Assembly: GCF_032062105.1 (NCBI RefSeq)
Contig: NW_026925910.1
Coordinates: forward strand, 434,001 to 498,000
Source: Saccostrea cucullata
Taxonomy: Eukaryota
DNA length: 64,000 nt
Direction of reading: 5' to 3'
A program made the translations under genes and the position numbers. The stretch's first letter is position 1; the number at the start of each line of letters is the position of its first letter. Under the pieces are notes generated by a model, which was not told where the DNA came from, searched no databases, and was given only the letters and a program-made list of their open reading frames with translations. This document shows, one piece after another, positions 12,901 to 24,869 of the stretch.

Positions 12901-13388
12901 ACAGAATGCATCATGAATTTCATAAAAAGCGTAAATATAGTGGTACACTACCAAGCTCCAGCAAGAAACCCAAGAGTCAGGAAGAGGACTTCAACTCAAA
13001 GCTCAGACAGGAAAGGGAAAGAATGAGGAAAAAGTATGAAGAAAATCAGAAAAAGGCACAACAAAGTTACAAAAGACATCAAAAGGATGTGTATGAAAGG
13101 AAATGGCAGGAATTATCTGAAAAAATTGTGGAAAAGCAACTTCATTTTTCAGATATTCCATGGCCATTCAAAAAAAGTATTAGTGAATTAGAAGACTTCC
13201 TCTTCCATGACTTGACTCAAAGTGAGGCTCGAAAGAAATATTTAAGGGACCAAGTGAAAAGGTGGCACCCTGACAAATTTTTGCAAAAGTTTGGGAATCA
13301 CATTTTGTCTACAGATAAGGAACTTGTCTTACAAAGGGTTAAACAGGTGTCACAGGAATTGAATCGCCTGTTTGAGAAATTTAAATGA
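9936..13388 (+). CDS. NFKBIL1: NF-kappa-B inhibitor-like protein 1; exons 9936-10105, 10693-10808, 11352-11473, 12337-12430, 12853-13388 (alternative in-frame ATG at 7771 in exon 1)
   Basis: Ankyrin motifs GRTILHYCC and DDDGNTALHIA, WEEKLTDELEDEY, SYSDWSDRM, FSDIPWP, QVKRWHPDKFLQKFG; all junctions GT-AG and in frame. Confidence 0.9.
11940..12243 (+). mobile_element. Degenerate HINE-like element
   Basis: ACTAGAGG start, (GATG)n, 3' hairpin CCCGCTT..AAGCGGG. Confidence 0.55.
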
Positions 13389-13919
13389 ATTAAAGAAGGA
13401 CTGTGTTGGATATTAATACCAGAACTTGATCTTCATGTGCACCAGGATGTTTTTAACTTTCTCTCAAATAATGTTACTACTAAAAAAACTACATGTGTTT
13501 TTAATTTTAAACAATGAAATGTTTACATGCAGAGTTTGTTGTGAATTATTTAATAATTATAATTTATATTTTTCTGGGCCTTTTCCTACAGTATTTACTA
13601 GTTTAGATTGACAGCATTTAGGCCTACATTGAACACTGGTTTGTTTGATGTGCTAAAACTGCATACAGTTGTTGCAAAAAAAAATGTTACACTGTATGTA
13701 CCAGTACTGAGTAGCTTAAATTAATCCCAGATGGATTAAAAGGGTGAATAAATCTGGAAAGGGAGATAAAACGACATACAATCGATCAATCAAGTAACTA
13801 TGCCAAAAGAATTCATGACATAACATAAATATGCATTAGGTGAAAGCCTTACTCTGACCCCCCAGGATCAGTTATTTGAAGAAAAATGAATCCAAACAAC
13901 TTTGAAATGTTTCCATATA

Positions 13920-14092
13920 CAGTAAAACTCGGTTATAACAAAGTCACCGGGCCTATGAAATTACTTCGCTATATCTGTAATTCATTATATCCGTATAAGG
14001 ATCCTGTTACATTTATATACCTGGGGATGCAATATTACTTCGCTATATCCGTGAATTTGCAATATCTGTGTTCGTACTGAACGAGTTTACTG
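13920..14092. mobile_element. Tc1/mariner-type MITE
   Basis: TA-CAGTAAAACTCG ... CGAGTTTACTG-TA. Confidence 0.65.
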
Positions 14093-14650
14093 TAAAATTA
14101 AATGCACCTACCCGGTAAGTGTGGCACTGTGATTTAAAAAGAATTGTTTGAAAATAAAATTCTTCTTTACACTTAATAATTTTCTTTTAAAATTTTGACC
14201 CTCTACAGTGAAGTAGCATCGCTCTGAAAGGGGGGGGGGCAGCTGGAGAAAAAAGTTCAAGTTACTTATCCAAAAGAAAAAAAAAACGTGGAAAGGGGGA
14301 TTGTCCAAACTCAAAAATCCTATTTCATGTGTTTGTGTGTGTGTGGGGGGGGGGGGGTCCTTTTTCTTTTAATACTAATTTTTTTTATTAAAAAATACCA
14401 CATTATCCTAATTTAGCTATACCGATACAAAAGGTTGGGGATGAACATTTACTGGCGTAAAAAGGTTTTTTTTCTGGAAAAAGGGAGGGGGTCAGCCCCC
14501 CTTGCCTTTAGCCTAGCTATCCGTGATTGCTTGCATAAGAGATTAAGAAAGAGCAAATACAATAAATATGAGCTATATAGATCAGATATATACATTTGCC
14601 TTTAATTTTCTTGAATGTTTGCTTTCTAGAGTAAGACCGACCCCTAACCC

Positions 14651-14795
14651 CACAGGCAACTGACGTTACTTATTTTTCTTTTAATAAAAAAAATTAACCC
14701 TTACCTTATAATATTAATAAACGGTTTATTAATATTATAAGGTAAGGGTATATTTTTTTTATTAAAAGAAAAATAAGAAACGTCAGGTGCCTGTG
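14651..14795. mobile_element. 145-bp palindromic MITE with 8-bp TSD
   Basis: Near-perfect hairpin CACAGGC...GCCTGTG; CCTAACCC on both flanks. Confidence 0.88.
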
Positions 14796-15019
14796 CCTAA
14801 CCCGGAGTAAAAACACTATTCCCGTTTTCACTCTATGTTTTACATGTCACCATTTTGTTTCCGGTTTGTAGTCAGAACAAAAAAAAAAAAACATTGATGA
14901 CAGAGCTGTGGTGATTGAGGAGGTTCAAGGTCTCAAGGGACATACCCAACATAGATTTTTAACTGAAAAACAACTGGATACTCTGTACTGTATGATATCT
15001 TTATTTTAGAGCTGATAGG

Positions 15020-18000
15020 ATGAAGGGAAAAAGACTTGCAAGATCTCGTTCGAGGAAGAAAGCTTCTAGTTCTACCATTGAAAGTGTCACTACTCGAGCT
15101 CAGCGCGTACGCGATGAAGATTACTTTCAAAACCTGTCCCTGGAAGTTATTTGCCTCATTCTTGGATATTTACCCCTAAGATATGTACTGAGAATGGACT
15201 GCATGAACCACAAACTCAGAAATGCTGTGTCCATGTTTTTGCGCATTCAGAAACAGATTGACATGTCAGAGCGGGATATATATGGCTGGATGTGCGACTC
15301 CCTGACCGACAGTACACTCACAGCTTTCTTGAAGCGATGTCATGATGTCGAGTACCTGTATGGATTTCATCCAGGATTTATGACCTTGAGGCGTCAGCGT
15401 GGTGCTGATATGCTCACTTTGCCAGGAATCATTGACGCATTGTCAGAATGCAGGAATTTGAAAGGAATTGAAATATCAGATGTTGTGCTTCTCCATGCAA
15501 TGATGGACTTTTTTCCACAGTTAGAAATTCTTGGAACATTTAAAAACAGGAATGGGACATTTCCTATCAATTGTTCATCTTCATTAACTTTAGCAGAGAA
15601 TGCAAAAATTACGTCCTTGCATCTTAATGGCATTGTTATTGAAAATCTACCCAAAATGTATAATTTAAGACACCTTCAGCTTCGATGGGTTCACTTTCAT
15701 GAGTCCCATCCATTTAGTGAGTTTATGGCACCAAAACTGCAGACTTTTGTTATGGCCCATTGCTCAGGCCCTGTAAGTGCCATTAAATATGTCCCCCTCA
15801 TTGCAAGCCTTGCAAGCTCCAGATACCTGTCACGACTTGAGCTGTTACGTGTTCCTTTCCTCGGTAAATACTAAAACTAGCCCTTTTTCTTTACAAAACA
15901 TTTGTTTTTTTATGAAAAATGTTTTAAGACTTCTGAATTTCATTTGAATTTATGCAAGTGAAGTATTTAATTAAATTTGAAAGAAATGTTATGCATGCTT
16001 GTGAAACTTAAAAGATTGATCATGAGAGTAGTCATAATGTTATTTAATTTCTTTCATTGAAATAATTATTCGAAACACTTAAAAATTTACATAACTCACT
16101 TAAAACCTTTGACATATAGCTACCATTTTCTTCACAATTTTAGGGGGCCTAATTCATCATGTAGTGCAAGATAGCTGGCAGATGAATGCTTTTCGTCAGT
16201 TGCGTTGCATCAGATTTGGAGCATGTCGGCATGCTCTTGAAATGGATCTTGGTTTCCTTATTATAACTGCAGCTCAAAAGTATGTAATATGACAATTTTC
16301 AGTTTTAAAGAGGATAAAAATCCAAACATACATGATCATCATGATATTGAAAGTTTTCTAGTTAATATGGAAATGGTGATGACATATTGTGCAAGATTTC
16401 ATTGAAGTATATTTAATTTAATATTCATATTAGTTAAATAGTTTCTCTCTCCTGTATGCTTTGGGTATTTAAATTTCAGCTTTAATATTAGTATAAAAAA
16501 ATAAATATCTTTCAAAACATGAATAATTTGATGAATATAAGAAAACATTCAGGAAAACCTTTCTTTTCAGGATTGAGGAAGTAAGTGTCCAGCCTACTCT
16601 GACCAAAGACAATCTATTTGTTGCCTTGATGATGGCAGATGTATCGTTTCCTTCATTTTCTACACTACATCTAGGATTTGTTGATTCTTTTCCAGCACCA
16701 GGTAATGTTACATTATATCTGTCCATGCTTACATGGTAAAATTTACCTGAACAAAGTCATACTTTTATGATATCCGCCAATACCCAGAAAAATATTACAG
16801 TAATTACTACGTTCGTTGCTCTGTTCATTAGACAGTGCTTAATGCAGTGCACATTACTTTTCATTCTACTGATTGTATGTTTTAGTTAGATGTATTTACT
16901 ATGGATGTATAAGATGTGTCACGGGTCTCCCAATCTCAGGGAATAATAATGCAACACAGTTCCTCAATAAAGGTTCATATATTTATTGGATGACAATTTG
17001 CAGGAACAATGATAAATGAAGTAATGAAGTACAAACGAACGTACGAATGAAGGTGACCTGCAATGAAAATGACACACTCGTACAAATTCACACACACTAA
17101 TATTTATTTAATTAGAATAGTTTAAAATAAGAATAAGTATTAATTTACTCTTACCAGTTACAAAATTGCACTAGAAATCCGTAAGGAATTTCTTAGTTAA
17201 ACTGCTATAACATAGATTTCTCGCAGGAGAACATCTATAATGTATCGTCAAGATTAAAAAGGAATAGTCCGTGCATAAGTATATATACCAGGACTCACAC
17301 ATGCGTACAAAACTACCACACCCCATACATACTGGTTTTACAACTCACACCTAGGATAATAATAGACCACAAGACAATCACGTGACAACCAAACACTCAC
17401 GTGACACTGAACACCGGACAAACCAGAATACAATACAAAACACGATGACAATGAATAACCAGGTATGAATGAATGAATGAAAGAAATTTACTACAGCTAT
17501 CTTATTTACTTCCTTAACTTACTATACCAGCTGTACTAAATAATTATACTAAATAAAATAAAAACAAGTAATTGTCACCCTGTGACAGATGTATAAGATA
17601 TTGAATGTGAAACATCACTAAATTGTGTAACTGAAATCAGCACAAAATTTGCCATGGATGTGAAGAAATGGAAGAAAATCTTTACTTGTACATATTTTTT
17701 GTGCATTGTTTTATTTTCTTGAAATTGTTTGTTAGATAAATGGGACAATGAAGATCTGATTGTGGAGGGTTTGGCCAATGTGTCGGAGGCCCCAGCAGTC
17801 ATTACAGACATAGGAATGAAGGCAGTGGGGGTATGCTTCCCCAGGCTCAAACACCTAGATATCTACAACTGTCCTCACATACTGAGACCTACTCAGTGGT
17901 TCACGCATGGTAAGGAAACTTCTTCTGGCCATTAGGGCTGTTAACAGCCATTGATTTACTCCTCGTCAGAAGAGTGAAGGTTTTAGGATATAAATATACA

Positions 18001-21000
18001 TTGCATGAAATTCAGAATCTAAAATGGAAGTTTCAGGAGAAACTTTTTGGTACAGGTTAGGAAATTACAATGTACAAAGACATTGTAAATTTTTGATATA
18101 TGATTTAACATTGGAACTTAGAAAAGATTTTTGAACATTCACATTTTCAGTCAAATTATTTTGATATGGATGTGTCAGTTTAAATGATTTGAGGATTGTG
18201 ACCAATAATATTTGATTTTCTGCTTTCTAGATCTGACATGTTGGGACCAGCTGACTGACTTGTCATTGAGAAGATGTCATGCTTTGAAAATTGAAGATTT
18301 TTGTGAATTCATCTCTACTCTTCCATCACTTCAAACTCTCCATCTAGAACAAATGTTCAGGGAGCCACCAAAAGGATGCTCAAGGTACATTTCAAAAATA
18401 TTCAGCTGTACTGTCCCAGATATATTTCTTTATAATAAGATGTATAAAAAAACTGCTTTTCACATCAAGTTTTTCACATATCAGGGATATAAAAAAGTAC
18501 ATTATAAAATTGATTTTACAGAAAACTGGTAGATGTTCTTTGTATATGCAAGCTCTTGTATATCTATAGTAATAAAGTAATCAACTGATATTTATAGGGT
18601 TGGCTTAAGTGCTGGAACAGGTATGGGGCTTTCCTCTGCCATGTTAAATCAGCATTATCAAAATCCCCCTCCAGCAAATCCAGTAGTCAATAACAACAAT
18701 GTACAGGATGGTGGAGCCAATCAAAATGGGGGAGGTAATGCTCCAGCAAATCAAAACAATGATGAAGGAAACAATGCTGCAGCCAATCAAAATGATGATC
18801 TGAATGATGCTCCAGCCAACCAGTACAATGAAATGAATGATGCTGCAGCCAATCAGATCAATAACATGAATGATGCTCCAGCCAATCAAAACAATGTCAT
18901 GAATGATTGTCCAGCCAATCAGATTAATGATCATGTGAATGATGCTCCAGGCAACCAGAATAATGAAAGGGCACAGGATGAAGATAGAAGGAATGAAACT
19001 GGTGAAGATGCTGTGATGCATGAAGCTGAAGATTCAGAGGAAAAAATACCAGAAAATAAAGAGAGAGAAGTAGAAGACAATTCTCAAGAGGAAAATGACA
19101 ATATGGCGCAGGATTTGGGTGATGAGAGTGAAACAGTTAATGAGAATATGGGACAGAGCTCAGATTCTATGCAAAATGAGAGATGCAGTGTAGTGAAGGA
19201 AAATGAGCAAAGATCTAATGTCAGTAATACAGAGTCTGAAGAGTGTAAAAGAGAAGATATCAATAATGACAAGGCCACAACTAGTTCTCAAAATTTACCT
19301 GAAAATGCTACCTGTAGCATGAGCATGAAAAGTGAAGAGATCCAGAAGGCTCCATTTTCATCTACACCCAGAATGAGACCAACCAGAAGTTGTGTTAAGC
19401 ATCAAAGACATAATTCGGGAAAATCTGATAGAACTTCAAATGACCAAAGACAAAATGGTGAAAATCCACTCAAGGCACCTGTTAAACGAAGGAAACTTGA
19501 AGCAAACCAAAATGTCCCAGAAGAATCATCAGAGAGATCTGAATTAAATAACGATGGTACTGAATCTAATGATAAAGCAATGCAGATGGACAATTCACAA
19601 TGCCCAAAATGTTTATGCAATAGAATTGAAAATGATAAAAAGTATTCTAAAGGAAGGAAATCAAGACACAGAAAAAGTAAAGGGAAGAGGAAATCTGTTT
19701 GTAAATGTGATTGTCACAGTGATGAACAGAGAGACAAAGGACGTGATCATAGAACGGAAAATAATGAGCAAGCAATAGAAAATGGTACACAGTGTCCTTT
19801 AGGAAATGACGAAAAACTGGAGTGTGATGTAAAAAAAGAAGTAAAAGAAGAAAAGGAAGTGGAAAAGGTAGATAAATCCTGTGAAGCTAAACCAGAGGAA
19901 ATCAGACAAACTTTGTCCCAAGCTGAGGACTCCCCAACAAGAAAAGGTATCTTGATAACATTATCATGATTATAAGAAATTAGTAGGAAAGTACATGGAC
20001 TTAATTATGCAAAAATAATCCCAGAAAGCAAACAAATACCAAAAACGTTTCTCCCTGTGGATAGTATTAAATCCAAAAACTTGTCTTACAATGAAGAACT
20101 TGCTGTCATAATTTTGAGTGTATTTTTAAAGGAGCTTGCTCATATATCTTGTCCCTGAATTAGAGCTTACTGTTATAACCTTAGTGTCTGAGTTTGGAGC
20201 TTGTTTCAGGAAAGAAAAGAAGAGGAAGACAATCAAAACTGGGGCAGTATGGAGGTCCAAAGTCCAACATGAAAGATGAGTGCACAAGTACTGCTGATCC
20301 TGTGGTAGAAGAGGATCATGTTCAGGTAAAACTACCAGTACTTAATTAAAGTTTTAACTTCTCAGAGCCAAAGGCTCAAGTGTGCTTTTCTGAACAAAGA
20401 TTGTCTAGCATCCATCTGTCTGACTGTCATCTAAAAACTTTTCAAATTTTCTTCTTCTCTGGAAACAATGGGCTGAACGCTACTAAAATTGCCACAAAGC
20501 ATATTTAGGCAAAGGGCAAATTTAAGTTTATTATGTACATGTATATTCAATATTTTTTTTAGTCATGACCTGAGTGGTAGGGTGTGACATCATTAGTGGA
20601 TTATGGCCATGGGTCTCTTTTGTAATTTTATGTACTTCATTATGAAAGTACAATGTATGTTTTGTAACAAACAACTTTTGATTGTAGATCCTAAAACTCA
20701 AGTCCAATTCTCTGATATCTCTGTCTCTTAACAATGTGGGAATTACCTGTCTGGTTGTTGATGATTGTCCTCAACTGACCAAACTCTCAGGTAAGAATCC
20801 TTACTAATTGTTGCATGTAGATTAGTTTGTAAACTGTTACTCCTTTTTTCAGAAATTTATTTCACTAAAGCTACAATTGTCTGTATAAAATGCTATATGT
20901 ACAGAAAAAGATGCTCATCACAAATAGCCATGGATGAACAATTTTGATATGTTATACAAACATAATAAAATGTGTTTAATGTATGTTAGGTTGCTTATAC

Positions 21001-22904
21001 ATTTAAAACAATGGGGAATGAAAATCACTGTTGTGGTTTGAATTCATTAAAAGCATATACATTGCAACCATGAAGGGTTTACTGTCATATTGTTTTAGGT
21101 CATGCATGTCGGGTTTTAAAAGAGGTAAAACTTAATGCAGTACCAAAAATCCGAAGAGTGGAATTCACCCATTGTCCCAAAATCTCAGAAGAGAACCTGG
21201 CATATGAGGTGGCCCTCCAGGAGGAAACTCTGCCAGATGGCCAGGCCCACAGATATAACAAGGCAATATTTCTAAGGCCAATGCACATGGTATCAACATT
21301 TATTTTAATAGAAAATTTTTTAATATAAATCTGAAATATTATTCCTGAAGCAATTCATTGATTTATGTTTTCAAACCATTCATTTATTCACATGATTCAT
21401 GAGAATTGCATTTTGTCTGAAAGCTGATTTCTTCAAGCAGCTAACAGATTCTATATTTGTGCAGATATATATATCTTCTATATACATGTACTCTGATTGA
21501 CAATACCAGTGAGAGATCATTCAGAATTTGTTGTTGTTGTTTAGTGTTTTGAGTAAATTGAAATAAAATCTTGCAAAAAATGATGAACCATAGACATAAC
21601 CTGAAATGATGCATACAACAGGAACTTATACCAGTAAACATTAATTACCATCACAATTTTTTGTTTTAAAGTGTATCAATTTCTGTTTGAATGATTGTAG
21701 ATTGACAAGGCAAACCTGGAGCATCTGCTGTTTTCCAGTCCTGATATCCCGTCTGATATTTGTATCATCTACGATTACAATGACCAGGCTTGTAATAGCT
21801 CCTACAATCACATGAGAGTTTACACCTGGGGAGAAATTCTTACACCATTGGCCAGGTAAGAAATTACTGTAAAGTAATTAAAAATGAAACAGGTGCTGTT
21901 CATATATTATGTAAACAAGGTATATTTTAAATGGGGGTAAATAAAGACTGGAAAGCTAAACGAAAGGCTGCTTCTGATGTCTCGTTTTTTAAATTCTTTG
22001 TAGTGAGCTGATTGATGTGTACAGTTTTCCAGAATGGAGCAGAAAAGATTGGAAACCAAGATATCCCTGGGGTAGAGACATTTTCAGGATGTATGGTCAG
22101 TGACAGTCATTGCATATACCTTTCACTACATTCATTTAGTAAGAACTGGGTAGAACATTATTTGTTTTTTACTACATTATATACATGTTACACTAAAAAA
22201 AAAAATTATTTGATTTGGATTGTTACACTATGTGTTTTGGATTTCTATTTCAGAGAGAAATGGTAATCTAACTCGTCATGAGATTGTGACAGACATGACC
22301 TTGATGAGGATTCTAAAAGAGAGGCCAAGACTCCCAGAGAATCAAATCCATCGCTTTGACCACGCCCGTAAGTATTCAAGCATCAGGCAACAATAATGGC
22401 ATAAGCAGAGTCAATTTCTTTAAAAACAAAAAACAATGGCATCTGCTGGCAAAGCATACTTGATTATTCTAAAGGAACATTTCTGTTTTTTAATATTCTT
22501 TTTTTGCATTTTCCACAGAAAAAAATTATTTTATTAAAGCACGCTTAATAAGACAATTACAAACAAACAATTTGATTCCTTGTACATGTAATCTGTTATA
22601 TCCAAATGTTCTTTTAATACATTTTAAATCTGCTGTATGAATAACAATTTGTTGTAAACATTAAAAATGCTTGCTGTAATAATGTTTTATTGAAATAAGT
22701 ATACAGATAAATAATTTTACAGGAGGCATATACTGTCCCAACACTAAAGGTCACTACAGTGCTTATTCAGCCTTGGACTCAGTCACGGATGAACTGGCTG
22801 ACCTATGGTGTGCTGGGGTCAAGGTCAGACGACACAGCTGTATTATTTATATCAACCTCAGTGACATCAATGGTGTGCCTACTTATGATCCAGAATTTTC
22901 TTAA
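15020..22904 (+). CDS. FBXO38: F-box only protein 38, multi-exon; stop TAA at 22902-22904
   Basis: F-box [23 protein letters not shown]-like exons ([34 protein letters not shown]), central low-complexity exon, C-terminal YPWGRDIF. Confidence 0.92.
16917..17587. mobile_element. Solo LTR (Gypsy-like) in an FBXO38 intron
   Basis: TGTCACGGGT ... ACCCTGTGACA termini, 4-bp TSD GATG, 671 bp, no ORF. Confidence 0.78.
18712..18965 (+). repeat. Coding repeat of about 33 bp (NDAPANQxxxx), about 8 copies, within FBXO38
   Basis: GCCAATCA/GCAAATCA recurs at about 33-nt spacing, in frame. Confidence 0.8.
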
Positions 22905-23714
22905 CCAAAAAATAGTAGCAGAATTATATGGGAATATGGAATAGATCTAGTGGCTGTTGTAAACTGATGTGTAAGAGATTGAGAAAACATCTTCATGTAT
23001 ATAACATAAAGTAAATATTACACCTGTAAAATAAGATTGTTTTTCATTCCCAATGCAATTTTAATTGAATTGAAGATCTTAAGTTTAAACTTTGAAGTAT
23101 GACAAAAGGGAAAATGTGCATGTACACACTTTTGTCAAATAAAATTTGAAAGAAAATAATAACTCCCAATTTATAATTTATTGATGTATTAAACATCTGT
23201 CAACCATGGGTAAAAAATAAATTTGATTCTACATGAAATGGACATTACATTGTTTATGAAAGTGACAGGGGCAGAAGTATTTCAGAAGCAAATAACAAAT
23301 ACAAACATAAACCACAACTGGAAATACTGGAAATTAATAGGCATCAAATTACCATCAAAAGTGAATCATGGAAAATAGAATTTTTTTTCTTGGGTGTATT
23401 TGATATGAGTATTCTGTTAAGTTTTATCATATTTCCTTGTTATTTGACAGAAGAAAATGTGAACTTCTTATGCGTATTCATCTTTATTGAAATTTTTAGA
23501 GACAGTAAAATTTCGTTTAAAATTATACTAGTATTCAAAGTTGAAATTAAATTTCTTTGGTTAGTAATGTAAAATATTTAATTTCAATTCAAATTTTCCT
23601 GTACTCTACATTATACAACAAACCAATGTTTAATACGCATGATTACTGGTAATCGAATTTATTTTCCTTGTTAACAACTTTATCATCAATTGTTTCAGTT
23701 AGTTACAGCACACT

Positions 23715-24473
23715 TCAATTTATGAGAAATCCAGGGAAGTGTGAGTGATAAGTTGGACCAGGATAGCCATTGTTTCCAGAAATGTAGGGAAACCCCAACT
23801 CCTGGGGTATTTATGAAAAGATTTACTTTGTCTCCTTTTGAAAGTTCCATTAAGATATTTTCAGATCTTTTGATCCATAAACCTTCAGGTCCGATGAATA
23901 GGTAAGTGGACATTTTGCCGTTTTTCATAATGTATATCCTTAAGTAGTCCCTGCCAATGGAGATGGAAGGAGCTAGAAGTCCAACAGTGACCATAAAGAA
24001 GTATGATCCGGATAGATACCAGTCCTGCCATTATAAGCTCCTCCCTTATTGGTGAAAACGTTGCCAAAAATAAGAGTCCCGACGACGGGTTTTATATTTC
24101 TTGCAAGAGCAGCCATAAATGAGACGTGATGAGCTGAAATTATAATTGAATAATCATTTCAAGTTCAGAAGAAAACAAATTGATTTCAGCAAGGATCAAT
24201 GAAAAATTCAAACATATTTACTTGTTCTGTTGAGATAATGATCAAGGGATTCAAGTTTACAGTCCAGATCCACAAGCTTCTTCTTTGTACATGTATCGTA
24301 TTCGGTAAGGTGGATTCCACACGCGTTGCTGCTGTTTTGAGCGGACTTCATACAAATGTTCTAATATTCAATGTTCTTCTTGCAAGGGCAACCACACAAT
24401 GCTGTTGTTACTAAAGTAAGACAGGCGCTGATAGAAACTGTTATCCGAAATATATTTAGTGGATAAAATGCAT
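23715..24473 (-). pseudogene. Secreted C1q-domain-containing (C1qDC) pseudogene, two exons
   Basis: Exon 1: hydrophobic leader and Cys-rich/coiled segment with an in-frame TAG. Exon 2: VSFMAAL..LIFGNVFTNKGGAYNGRTGIY / GSYFFMVTV..IMKNG..MELSKGDKV / HSHFPGFLIN*, broken by two frameshifts. Confidence 0.8.
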
Positions 24474-24869
24474 TTTAAGACTTTCACTTATTTATGCATG
24501 ACTAACATGGGTTTAGCTTTTAAATGATACTTTTTCGTGTTTAAGTATCAAAACCTGATACACAGTGTGCTGTATGCTATAAAGGAGACAAATTACATAT
24601 ACATGTATATCATGTATTTTTTATCCAATAATCAAGAGAAGTTTTACAAATTTGATAATGTAAGCAACAGTTTAATGATAAAAAGTTTTGGAGTAAAAGC
24701 CAACGCCTGTAGTGACACGGGGTCTCGGTTGTAAGTCCACATCCGAAGGACCCCCAACTTTCACTTCAAAGCACAAAAACTTTAACCTTGAAGCTAACTT
24801 TTGAATGAGAAAAAATATCACGTCTTTAATATACCCGATAATTCACCTCCGCTGCCCATGTATAATGTA

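Noticed and set aside
18644-19021. Hydrophobic Ile-rich antisense ORF
   Set aside because: Mirror of the AAT/GAT-rich FBXO38 coding repeat
19947-20209. Possible U12-type intron (donor GTATCTTG)
   Set aside because: Does not match GTATCCTT and no TCCTTAAC branch site is seen
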